Shown: positions 9,570 through 18,025 of the stretch, in pieces
How the letters are laid out: each line of letters begins with the position of its first letter
How positions within the stretch are numbered: the stretch's first letter is position 1
Assembly: GCA_963666215.2 (NCBI GenBank)
Contig: CAXWPL010000001.1
Location: 192,001-256,000 of the forward strand
Direction: 5' to 3'
From: Acidobacteriota bacterium
GTDB taxonomy: Bacteria; Acidobacteriota; UBA890; WLXD01
DNA length: 64,000 bases
Notes under the pieces: model-generated
The model's database searches: none
What the model was told of the DNA's origin: nothing
The model's input: the letters and a program-made list of their open reading frames with translations, nothing else
Program-made: the position numbers and the translations under genes

Positions 9570-9703
9570 CGGCGCGGCGGACGCTCCACATGTTGATCGC
9601 GGCGTGTAAACTCGCCGCACGCGTCCAAAGAAAGCTCGGCGGGCATGAATGATCGGCCCCGGAATCGCCGTGCACAATCGTGAAGCGGTACCGAAGCCGC
9701 TGA

Positions 9704-10414
9704 CTATGAGCCCGAGCCAGCGAGGAACAGCCATTCGCTGTAGCGAACGCGCTTACGGTATATGCGCACGCTGTCCTGCTGCGAATAGGAGCCCACTCCT
9801 ATGATGCCGTTGGACGCTCCTGGACCGGTTGTCGAACCGGAGCCCGTGAAACCCTGACCGCCGAGACCGCGCGATTGGCCGAAGCCAGTGGAGCGGCCCG
9901 ACGTACTACCGGCGTTCTCGAACATATTGGGCCGTCCAGTCTGTGTCGCGGCTCCTGAGCCTCCAAAACCGGTCGCGGACCCTCCGATGCCAATTCCGAC
10001 CCCGTCGACTGCTTCGGCGAAATTCCCGAGCAGCAGATCAATCGTTCCGTCGACAAGATCTTGGTTACGGAACACCCGCCACTGGCCGTCGGCAACCATC
10101 GGATCGGGATACAGCTGCCGGATGCAATTGGCTTCGATGAGCTCATCCAGTTGCTCCGGTGCATCGCCTCCGGATTCCGCCTGAAAGCACTGTAGCGCTC
10201 GCACGTACTGCTGGCCTCTCCAGATCAACTCCTGTTCCTTCGCGCGCCGGTCAACTGCGACGATCGAAGTCACCACCAGCCCGAGGGCAACGTTGACCAC
10301 TGCCACCGCGATCATGAGCCCGACCAGGGTGTAGCCGTCGGCACGACAGACCGCGTCGTCTACATGGCGCAGATGCCATCGCCTCACCGTGATTGAAAGA
10401 TCACCATTCGGCAT
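9704..10414 (-). CDS. prepilin-like (pseudopilin) protein lacking Glu5, with Gly/Ser/Thr-rich insertion
   Basis: G|YTLVG cleavage motif plus hydrophobic helix, KEQELIWRG, IRQLYPDPM, IIGVGSYS...YSEWLF; start codon uncertain. Confidence 0.8.
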   Translation of the reverse strand: MPNGDLSITVRRWHLRHVDDAVCRADGYTLVGLMIAVAVVNVALGLVVTSIVAVDRRAKEQELIWRGQQYVRALQCFQAESGGDAPEQLDELIEANCIRQLYPDPMVADGQWRVFRNQDLVDGTIDLLLGNFAEAVDGVGIGIGGSATGFGGSGAATQTGRPNMFENAGSTSGRSTGFGQSRGLGGQGFTGSGSTTGPGASNGIIGVGSYSQQDSVRIYRKRVRYSEWLFLAGSGS

Positions 10415-10823
10415 ACGGAACCCCGTTGAGCCCTTCGCCCTCGGCACCCGACCAGAGCTCCCAGATGCCGGCCGGCTGTCCCTGATCAACCATCATCCAC
10501 GGCGCGAACTCAACCTGCCAGGTGTCGGAAGCCTTCGTAATCGGGTCCACCGGGATGCTACGCAGATAGCCCTCTTCAACAAGGGCCTCGAGCGCCGGTG
10601 GATAGAGCCCCTTGTCGGTGACGTACTCCTCTAGTGAGCTTCGCATCCGCTGAAGATCCTCCAGCAGAACGGCTTCGCGCGCCCGCAGTGTGGCGTCCTG
10701 ATACGCAGGCAAAGCGTAGACAACGAGGATTCCGATTATCGCCATCACGACGATGAGCTCGAGCAACGAGAAGCCGTGCTGCCGGCTACTCCAACACCCG
10801 TCGACGCAGCGGTCGTCAGTCAT
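10401..10823 (-). CDS. GspG/PulG-like pseudopilin
   Basis: G|FSLLE N-methylation motif, REAVLLEDL, YPPALEALVEEGYLRSIPVDPIT. Confidence 0.9.
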   Translation of the reverse strand: MTDDRCVDGCWSSRQHGFSLLELIVVMAIIGILVVYALPAYQDATLRAREAVLLEDLQRMRSSLEEYVTDKGLYPPALEALVEEGYLRSIPVDPITKASDTWQVEFAPWMMVDQGQPAGIWELWSGAEGEGLNGVPYAEW

Positions 10824-11937
10824 CTTCGACCTCCGTCCAGTCGAGCACCGCAGTCAGAAACCCGTGGTCACGGGATTCGATGCGTTGATAGAGCGAATCG
10901 AGGTCTCGCCAGGAGGCAACGCAAGAGATCAGCTGCTCGGCTGGCAGCTCCTCGCTCAAAACCATGTCCAACAGGTAGGCGACGTTCCGCTGCGCAGTAA
11001 AACGAATGTCCCGCGGATCAACGTCGACATCGGGTGTATAGCCGCAGGCAATGAGGCTGAGTTGCTTTCGATAGAAATATGCCGGGTCGAGCGGATTGTA
11101 GTCAGGCCGCGGTTGACGCCGTCCAGGGAAGCCCAGCACACAGACGGTTCCTCCAGGCCGCGCCAACTCGAGAGCGGCGCGCCAATCGGCCCAAAGCTCG
11201 CTCGTCGTGACAACTATGTCGACGCCCGTGCCGCGTGTGGCGCGGTCGAGATCCGACCTCCACGCCGGCTTCGAGGCCGCAGCACCGCGCGCGTTGAGAC
11301 GCCCGCCGACCGCAGGCTCGTCTGCCTCGCTGAACGACGGCTTTTCGTAAGCCCCCGCGGCGCCGAACTCGAGCGCACGCTGGCGATTCTCAGGTTGGTT
11401 GCTGAAGCCGAAGACGCGCGCGCCGAATCGACTCGCCACAGCCACCGTCGCCAACCCGAGCGTACCGAGTCCGAGAACAGCGACATACTGACCCGGCTTG
11501 AGATCTCCACGCAGCAGCGCGCTGTGACCCTGGTGAAACAGATAGGTCGTCGAGGCTCGAACGAGTTGATCCTCGGTATAGCCCTCCATCACCTCGGGCA
11601 GCTTGAATAGAATCTCATCCTCGTCGCAGACGAAGTGGCTGCGATGCGACTGCAACGTCAAGATCAGATCGCCTGGCGCCAGTGCCGTGACCCACTCGCC
11701 CGTGGCAACAACGCGTGCGAGGTTGCAGTAACCGACCACTCGCGAGTGTGTGCGGTCGGGGCGCAGCGGCCGGAGACCCTCGTAGGCGGCAAGCTCGGTG
11801 CCGGGCGAGATCGCGGTGTACAACGTCTGTGCGGCAATCTCCCGGAACCCGAGTCCTTCGAGCACCAGCGTCTCGCGCCGGACCTCTAGTCTTCGAGGCT
11901 CGACCACGTGTACAACGCGTGCATCTACGCTCCTCAC
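10816..11937 (-). CDS. MDR-family (zinc-binding alcohol dehydrogenase-like) oxidoreductase
   Basis: AISPGTELA, GYCNLARV, Rossmann GLGTLG, GVDIVV, ARPGGTVCVLG; 8-bp overlap with the downstream pseudopilin. Confidence 0.85.
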   Translation of the reverse strand: MRSVDARVVHVVEPRRLEVRRETLVLEGLGFREIAAQTLYTAISPGTELAAYEGLRPLRPDRTHSRVVGYCNLARVVATGEWVTALAPGDLILTLQSHRSHFVCDEDEILFKLPEVMEGYTEDQLVRASTTYLFHQGHSALLRGDLKPGQYVAVLGLGTLGLATVAVASRFGARVFGFSNQPENRQRALEFGAAGAYEKPSFSEADEPAVGGRLNARGAAASKPAWRSDLDRATRGTGVDIVVTTSELWADWRAALELARPGGTVCVLGFPGRRQPRPDYNPLDPAYFYRKQLSLIACGYTPDVDVDPRDIRFTAQRNVAYLLDMVLSEELPAEQLISCVASWRDLDSLYQRIESRDHGFLTAVLDWTEVEDD

Positions 11938-11952
11938 GCTGTTGAATCCGCG

Positions 11953-12927
11953 TTACCAGTCACGATAGTTCGTCCCGTCAATCGCTTTGGCCAGGCTCTT
12001 GGAGTACACGTCGAAGACGTTGCCTCCACACCACAACCGGTCGGCCGGAGGCTCGCCGTAGCAGCGCAGACCCCAGTCATCTTTCCCGGTCAGCGGGTCT
12101 ATCGGCATACGGCGCAACAAGATCAGTTTCAACGGCTGTCCGTCGGGGCCGACGATCGGCTCCGACGGTGCATCGCCGGCGGCGTCGGTGCCGCCAGGGC
12201 CCACGGCGCCGAACCCGGAAGCGCGGCCAAAGCCGCTCTGGGCGCTCTGCCCGCTCTGGCCCAGCGATCCGGTACCGCCTCTCGAAGCTGAGCTCGCTTG
12301 CCGCATCTGAGCCAACCGATCGGCAAACCTACTCGAAAGTTGCCCGCCGCCAGCCGCGTTCGCTCCACCAAAGCCGCCGGGAGTCGAGCGCACGTCCGCG
12401 CCGCCGCCCCTCGCGCCAGGGCCCCCCAGCCCGAAGCCGCGACCACTCGGGCCACCCGGAGAGAGGCCCGTGCCCGCGCTTCCGACGCCGGCCAAACCGC
12501 CACCACCCTGTTCTTCATCCTCGGCCAGTTGCTGCTGCAAGCCTCCCGTGAGTCCAGCCCCGGTCGACGAGTAGACATCTGACACCTGCGGCGCCACAGG
12601 CGGCATCTGGGCGACTAGCGCGACACCTTCCACCAGGACCTCGAGTGACGGAGGATACCCGTGCATCTGTTCGTCGACCTCGATAAGGCCGGCCTGCGCG
12701 GCATCGTGATAGCGATCGATCGCGTCGCGCAAGATCCGTAAGTTCTGGCGGAGCCTGTACTCCTCTGAGCGCTTCACGCTCCAGCGCGCCAGGGGCAATG
12801 CCGCGGACGCCAACAGCCCGACGATGGCGACGACAATCACCATCTCGATAAGAGTGAACCCTCGACTGGCCGCGGAATCGCGCCGGCGGAGGGAACCGCG
12901 CGACACGCTGCGCCGGCACCGCATCAT
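11953..12927 (-). CDS. GspG-like pseudopilin with a very long Gly-rich internal insertion
   Basis: G|FTLIE, LRDAIDRY, GYPPSLEVLVEGV, then ~160 aa low-complexity sequence, then LRRMPIDPLTG...NVFDVYSKS...YRDW. Confidence 0.88.
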   Translation of the reverse strand: MMRCRRSVSRGSLRRRDSAASRGFTLIEMVIVVAIVGLLASAALPLARWSVKRSEEYRLRQNLRILRDAIDRYHDAAQAGLIEVDEQMHGYPPSLEVLVEGVALVAQMPPVAPQVSDVYSSTGAGLTGGLQQQLAEDEEQGGGGLAGVGSAGTGLSPGGPSGRGFGLGGPGARGGGADVRSTPGGFGGANAAGGGQLSSRFADRLAQMRQASSASRGGTGSLGQSGQSAQSGFGRASGFGAVGPGGTDAAGDAPSEPIVGPDGQPLKLILLRRMPIDPLTGKDDWGLRCYGEPPADRLWCGGNVFDVYSKSLAKAIDGTNYRDW

Positions 12928-15098
12928 GGCGTCCCCGACACGCGCACCCTGGAGGGGGACGGCGACACCGGAATCGGCCGGCCCTCGGAATTGCGCAGCA
13001 CCGACGACGCGAAGCGAATGTCGCTTTCTCCCGCGGCGATCGCCTCGAAGGTGAGCGTGGCGAGCGTGCCACTCGCAAGCACTCCGCCACCGTCCCCCAC
13101 GCGGCCGATGCCAATCGCCACACTCCCCTGCTGTCCGCCGACGGCCTGGAAGCTGGTTCGAGCTCCATCGCTACTGAGCACGGAGCCTTCCGTTGCCTCG
13201 ATAAAGCGCAACGCTACGGCGTTGTAGCTAATTCGCAGTCCGGCATTGTTGATCTCGGCCGATCCGGAGAGATTGATCTGCACGCTGAACCGCTGGCCAA
13301 CGGTGGCGGTCAGGATCGCCGGCGTGATCGAGATATCGACCGGGTCGACCGGGTCGACGCCACCTGCCCGGTCGCCCTGGTTGTTCTGGCCACGGCCGCG
13401 GCTGGAGCCCCGACCGCCACCAGTCGAGCCGCCGCCGACATTAGCCTCGGTGCCTACATAGACCGTTTCGAGATCCTCGGCCCTGATGTCCGCCATGCGA
13501 ATGATGTGCGGCGTGATCGCCAACACGATGTCGTTCTGGCTTACCTGCTTCTCGGTCGACGTGAAGATGTTTCGCAACAACGGAATGCTTGACAACACCG
13601 GAATACCGCGAAGCACCGTGCGCTCGTCGTCCCTCAGCAGCCCGGCGAGCAGGTTGGTCTCACCTTCGAGCAACCGCAGAGTCGTCTGCAGGCTTCGAGT
13701 CGAGAATATCGGCAACTGCTGCGGTCCGGTCTCACCGATTACCGACGAGACCTCGATCTCGAGCTGTAGGGTCACCTGATTGTTGTGATGCACTCTTGGC
13801 GTGGCACTGATCCGAATACCAACGTCGCGGTATTCGGTGGTCGAGATCGGAATCACATCGCCGCCCGAAGTGTTCTGCGGGTTGAACGTGGTCGACACCA
13901 CGGGACGTTGTTCGCCAACGAGCATCGACGACAGCTGGCCGTCGGAAGCCCGCAGTTGCGGGTTGGCGATGAGCTTGAAGTCGGTGTTCTCGCGCAGGAA
14001 CTGATACCGCAGTGACGGCACGGTGATGAACACGTCCTGTTGCGTGATGTTGCCGAGATCCTTCAGGGCAAGCCCGACATCGGTCTGGCTCACCGAAGCG
14101 ACCGTAGCAAAGCTCGACAGCGACAGCCCATACTGATCGAGCAGCGCGCGGTTGACTTCGAAGATCTCGACGTCCAAGAGTACCTCGCCGCGCGCTTTGT
14201 CGATCGAGCCGATGATGCGCTCGGCGAGCTCGACAACCTCCGGCGTGTCTCGAATAGTGACCACGTTGAGCTCGGGGTCCTCAGCGACCAGCCGCGCCTG
14301 CAAGATCGTCCGTAGCGTGTTGGCCACCACCTCCGCCTGCGCGTTCGACAGGTAGAATGTCCGCATCACCTGCGTTGTGTACTGTCGGCGTTTGTTTTGG
14401 TTGTCGGGCGCGATCAGAATCGTGTTCGACGACATGACCCGGTAGAAGTGGCCATACGTCAAGGTGATAATCGCGAGGGCCTGCTCGAAGGGGGTGTTTT
14501 CCAGGAAAAAGGAAGTCTCCTCGTTGTCAACATCAGGATCGAACAGCACATTGATACCGGCGAGCCGACCCATCGCGCGGTAGATCTCCTTGAGAGTCGC
14601 GCGCCGGTAATCGAATGTCATCGCACCGGTAGTTCGCGGCTCCAGCATCGGAGTAGGCGACGCGGCCGTGCGTGCGCTCTCGACCGCGTCCTCCAGAGAG
14701 GTGCGGCGTGAGCGTCGGTCGCGTTCTACATCTTCGAGCTCTTCACTGACGTTGCGCAGATCGATCGCCGCGGCCTCATTGGTGGGGTCGAGCCGTACCG
14801 AGAGCTCGAGCTCGAGTTGGGCGCGCTTCAGATCGCCCACACGATGCTGCTTGAGCCCCTCCTGCCGATGGAACAACGCCGCGTTCGTGCGCGCCATCAC
14901 GAGCTTGGATCGGGCCTCTTGATTGTCGGGGTTCTCGTTGAGCACTTCCTGGTATTGGGCGATCGCGGCATCCCAATCACCTTGCCGACTGAGAGCGTCA
15001 CCGCGACGTAGCATCTTGCCGGATGCACAACCGCTCATCGCGATCGCGGCGGCAAGCAGCAGCGTCGCCGAGAGGATCGAAGGCTGTTTCTGACTCAT
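12924..15098 (-). CDS. gspD: secretin (GspD/PilQ family) lipoprotein with N-terminal TPR and C-terminal cohesin-like domain
   Basis: Lipobox MSGC, TPR, RTFYLSNA N-domain, ANPQLRASDG, YRDVGI, GIPVLSSIPLLRNIF, ITPHIIR; C-terminal beta-sandwich GTLATLTFEA. Confidence 0.9.
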   Translation of the reverse strand: MSQKQPSILSATLLLAAAIAMSGCASGKMLRRGDALSRQGDWDAAIAQYQEVLNENPDNQEARSKLVMARTNAALFHRQEGLKQHRVGDLKRAQLELELSVRLDPTNEAAAIDLRNVSEELEDVERDRRSRRTSLEDAVESARTAASPTPMLEPRTTGAMTFDYRRATLKEIYRAMGRLAGINVLFDPDVDNEETSFFLENTPFEQALAIITLTYGHFYRVMSSNTILIAPDNQNKRRQYTTQVMRTFYLSNAQAEVVANTLRTILQARLVAEDPELNVVTIRDTPEVVELAERIIGSIDKARGEVLLDVEIFEVNRALLDQYGLSLSSFATVASVSQTDVGLALKDLGNITQQDVFITVPSLRYQFLRENTDFKLIANPQLRASDGQLSSMLVGEQRPVVSTTFNPQNTSGGDVIPISTTEYRDVGIRISATPRVHHNNQVTLQLEIEVSSVIGETGPQQLPIFSTRSLQTTLRLLEGETNLLAGLLRDDERTVLRGIPVLSSIPLLRNIFTSTEKQVSQNDIVLAITPHIIRMADIRAEDLETVYVGTEANVGGGSTGGGRGSSRGRGQNNQGDRAGGVDPVDPVDISITPAILTATVGQRFSVQINLSGSAEINNAGLRISYNAVALRFIEATEGSVLSSDGARTSFQAVGGQQGSVAIGIGRVGDGGGVLASGTLATLTFEAIAAGESDIRFASSVLRNSEGRPIPVSPSPSRVRVSGTP

Positions 15099-16357
15099 TG
15101 GCTTTTTCTCTTCTTGTTGGCCTTCTCGGTATTCCCTCGAGTACGAGCCTCGTCGAACGTATTGCCGGTCTGTTCTTTTTCTTCCTTGCGCAGCGAGAGG
15201 CGCGTTCGTAGCCCGCCAGCCTCGAGCACAGCGTGGATCATGCCCACTTCGGTCACGCGATAGCCGTCGGGCAACAGATCGCCGGCGGTTACCACGTGGA
15301 CCTGCGTCTCATCCACCAACGTCGCGTAGAACAAGCCATCGGTGCGCACCACTCCGACCAGCGTGTGCGGCATCACCGGGCTGGGCGCACTGTCGCCGCG
15401 ACGGCGGTCGTCGCGAGCACGGGATTCGCGCTCGGCTTCGGCCGCGCGTTGCCGCTGCGCCTGGGCAATGACCGTGGCGCCAAAAGCGAACAGATTGCGG
15501 TTCGACGCGAGTACTTCACTGGCCCCCGCCAACGTGTCGAGCCGATCGAGATCGAGATCGAAGATGCCGGCCTCGACGGGAATCGTCGGCAGCTCCGCCA
15601 GCTCGTCGCGCAATCGTTGTGCGGTGGCCAGCGCACTCGCCGCGTCAACCGGGTTATCGCCTCCGCCGTCGCCGAGCGCGGCCGGGGTTGAGCCGTTGAC
15701 GGTGCTGGGGCCGGCGAGCTCGTCGTTGACCTCGGCGCTGGTGTCGATGACGACCGGATCTTCTGGTAGCTCACCGGCGCGAGCGTAAGCCGGGTCGATG
15801 AAAGCGGTCAGGCTGAGCTGCAGCTGCAAGATACCAGCGGCCTGCCCCTGAGGCGGGGTCGACAAGGCGACACGTTCGACAAGCATGAAGCTCGGGCCGG
15901 TGAGCAGATCGTGCAGCACTCGTCGGATGGACGAGTACGAGCCTCGTACCGGCGCGTCGATCTGCAGCTGCACCAGCGCCAACTCGTTCGCCGGCTGCGG
16001 CTGATAGCCAATCCGGTCGTTCTCGAGCCCGGCCGCGTCGATCGCCGAACGCAACGTCGAGACGACGTCGGCCGTGGTGCCTGAAGCGCGACCCACCCGG
16101 TCGCGCAACTGCTCCAACTCCGCCTCCGCACCCAGAATTCGACCGTACGAAAGCCGCGCACGCTGCAGCGCCGGATCTACCGTCGCTCGCGCTCGCTGCA
16201 CGTCCTGCGCTGCCGCTGACGTCACCGAAGCGGCCGCCCAACGCGGCCGCGTCCAGCCGAAATAACCAACGACATTGGCCGCGACAAGCGCCACCACGAG
16301 AACAATCGGTAGGCGGATCGCGCGCCAGGCGCCCCCGAGCCGAAGGTCGAAGCTCAC
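15095..16357 (-). CDS. PilO/GspM-like protein fused to a C-terminal PilP/GspC-like segment
   Basis: TM helix, coiled coil, PVRGSYSSIRR ferredoxin-like motif, then RNLFAF and VVTAGDLLPDGYRV; operon position. Confidence 0.65.
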   Translation of the reverse strand: MSFDLRLGGAWRAIRLPIVLVVALVAANVVGYFGWTRPRWAAASVTSAAAQDVQRARATVDPALQRARLSYGRILGAEAELEQLRDRVGRASGTTADVVSTLRSAIDAAGLENDRIGYQPQPANELALVQLQIDAPVRGSYSSIRRVLHDLLTGPSFMLVERVALSTPPQGQAAGILQLQLSLTAFIDPAYARAGELPEDPVVIDTSAEVNDELAGPSTVNGSTPAALGDGGGDNPVDAASALATAQRLRDELAELPTIPVEAGIFDLDLDRLDTLAGASEVLASNRNLFAFGATVIAQAQRQRAAEAERESRARDDRRRGDSAPSPVMPHTLVGVVRTDGLFYATLVDETQVHVVTAGDLLPDGYRVTEVGMIHAVLEAGGLRTRLSLRKEEKEQTGNTFDEARTRGNTEKANKKRKSQ

Positions 16358-16953
16358 CGCGAGCCCCCCGATCCACCGCCCGCCGTGTTTTGACTCAACA
16401 AGTAGCGCGCGCCAAGGGTCATGCGGTATAGCCCGTCCGGGCCACGTTCCTCTCGCGTCGGGTAGATCTCCGTGAAGGCGGGCTCGGCTTCCAAAGAAAG
16501 TAGTAGATCCTGCAGACGCGCTGGATCGTCAGCGGCCGCCACCATCGACACGCGCACGTCGCCACCTCCCTCGACCGCCGGCTGTACTAGCTCGAGCCGC
16601 ACGCGATCGGGCAGCAGGCCCTCGAGGTCGTTGAAGATGTCGTCCCAAGGAATGGCTCGCCAGGAAATAACCGCGTTGCCGATTTCCACTGCGGCCGCCG
16701 CGGCGCGCCCTCGGCTCACGTCAGCCACTTGTTTGAGGTCCTCGACCTCGGCCTGCCAAGCATCCACCTCGGTAGACCTGATGGTCATCGCCCTGCCGTC
16801 TGTTGGCTGAGACGGCCACGAGAGCCAAGCCACAAGCAGGCCGTGCATCAACGTCACAGCGGCCGCGGTTGCCGCGACACCGCGCAGCCAGCGCCGTACG
16901 CGTCGCACGTTCTCGACCGGCGCGGTGGCGAGATTCACCGGCAAGTGCTTCAT
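16354..16953 (-). CDS. PilN-like assembly protein
   Basis: VNLAT N-terminal motif, TM helix, WDDIFNDLEGLLPDRVRL; start placed at ATG 16953. Confidence 0.8.
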   Translation of the reverse strand: MKHLPVNLATAPVENVRRVRRWLRGVAATAAAVTLMHGLLVAWLSWPSQPTDGRAMTIRSTEVDAWQAEVEDLKQVADVSRGRAAAAAVEIGNAVISWRAIPWDDIFNDLEGLLPDRVRLELVQPAVEGGGDVRVSMVAAADDPARLQDLLLSLEAEPAFTEIYPTREERGPDGLYRMTLGARYLLSQNTAGGGSGGSR

Positions 16954-17020
16954 CGGTCGTTGCTCCCCGAGCCTGTGTGCCCGGGGCGGCTCTGCAGCAG
17001 CCGCAAGCTCATATTCGTCG

Positions 17021-17989
17021 TCATCCGCGAAGGGCCCCCAGCAGAGCGTCGGTGTGGTCGAACCTCCGAGCAGACCAACCAAGTCCATCGCAACACTCGA
17101 TGGCCGCGGCACTCCAATCGTCGCTGCCGCACACCCACACGTCGTCCACACTCATCTCGAGCCGCTCAGCGATGAACCGCTGCAAGGAAGGCAACTCCTG
17201 TCCAAGCCGAGCTGCCGGCACGCGAGCCCTCCAGGAACGATGAAAGCGCGGCACATCGTCCGCCTCCACCATGCAGGCGAGGGAGCCGTCGGCGTCACAG
17301 AGAATGAGTCGTCTTGTCGAAGAGCCTGCCGATTCCCTCGGCAGCCCATTCATACCGTCGCGGCCACCTCCTGATCGGGCGCCGCTCGAGGCGTGCGACA
17401 CCGCCGCCGAGGCTGCCAGCGTCCATGGAACGACGCGCCCGACGGTCCAGCCAACCTCACCCAACAGGCCTTCGTACTCGTCGATAAGCGCCGCTTGTGA
17501 GCCAATCGAAAGCAGCCAGTCGGTTGGCGCCGGATCTGCGATTGCAGCGCCGTCGGTGGCCGCGTCGGCAAGAGGCTGGCCAGACAACACGGCCCAATCC
17601 ACCCGGGCATCACCCTCGTCCAGCGGCAACAGATCGCGAAGCACCCATCGCGCCATCACCTCGCCCTCGCGATGGTTCGGCACCCCACCCTCGAGCGGCG
17701 CAGACGCCACCTTGGCCGTGGCGTCGGAGAGAACGAGCGCGACGAGCTCCGGATGCTTGGCAAATCCGCGGTCGCGCGCGGTCGCCACCATCTGCCGGAA
17801 CGCCGGTAGAACAACAGCGCGATCGGCGATGTTGGGGCTCTTGAGCCCTGGTCGCAAGGCTCCTTCAGGGAGCTCCACGTCGGCGATGTGCGTCACCTTC
17901 AACGTGCCGTTCCCCTGCGCCACGACCAGGCGCAACCGATCGGCTCCCACAGCCACCGCAACGCGCTCGCGTCGCCCGAACCAACTCAT
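17021..17989 (-). CDS. PilM/GspL-like cytoplasmic assembly protein
   Basis: LPEGALRPGLKSPNI, LVLSDATAKV, EYEGLLGEVG; lies between gspE and the pilN-like gene. Confidence 0.7.
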   Translation of the reverse strand: MSWFGRRERVAVAVGADRLRLVVAQGNGTLKVTHIADVELPEGALRPGLKSPNIADRAVVLPAFRQMVATARDRGFAKHPELVALVLSDATAKVASAPLEGGVPNHREGEVMARWVLRDLLPLDEGDARVDWAVLSGQPLADAATDGAAIADPAPTDWLLSIGSQAALIDEYEGLLGEVGWTVGRVVPWTLAASAAVSHASSGARSGGGRDGMNGLPRESAGSSTRRLILCDADGSLACMVEADDVPRFHRSWRARVPAARLGQELPSLQRFIAERLEMSVDDVWVCGSDDWSAAAIECCDGLGWSARRFDHTDALLGALRG

Positions 17990-18025
17990 CGGAGAAGTCT
18001 CCCTCTACTGATCACAGGCGCCCGG

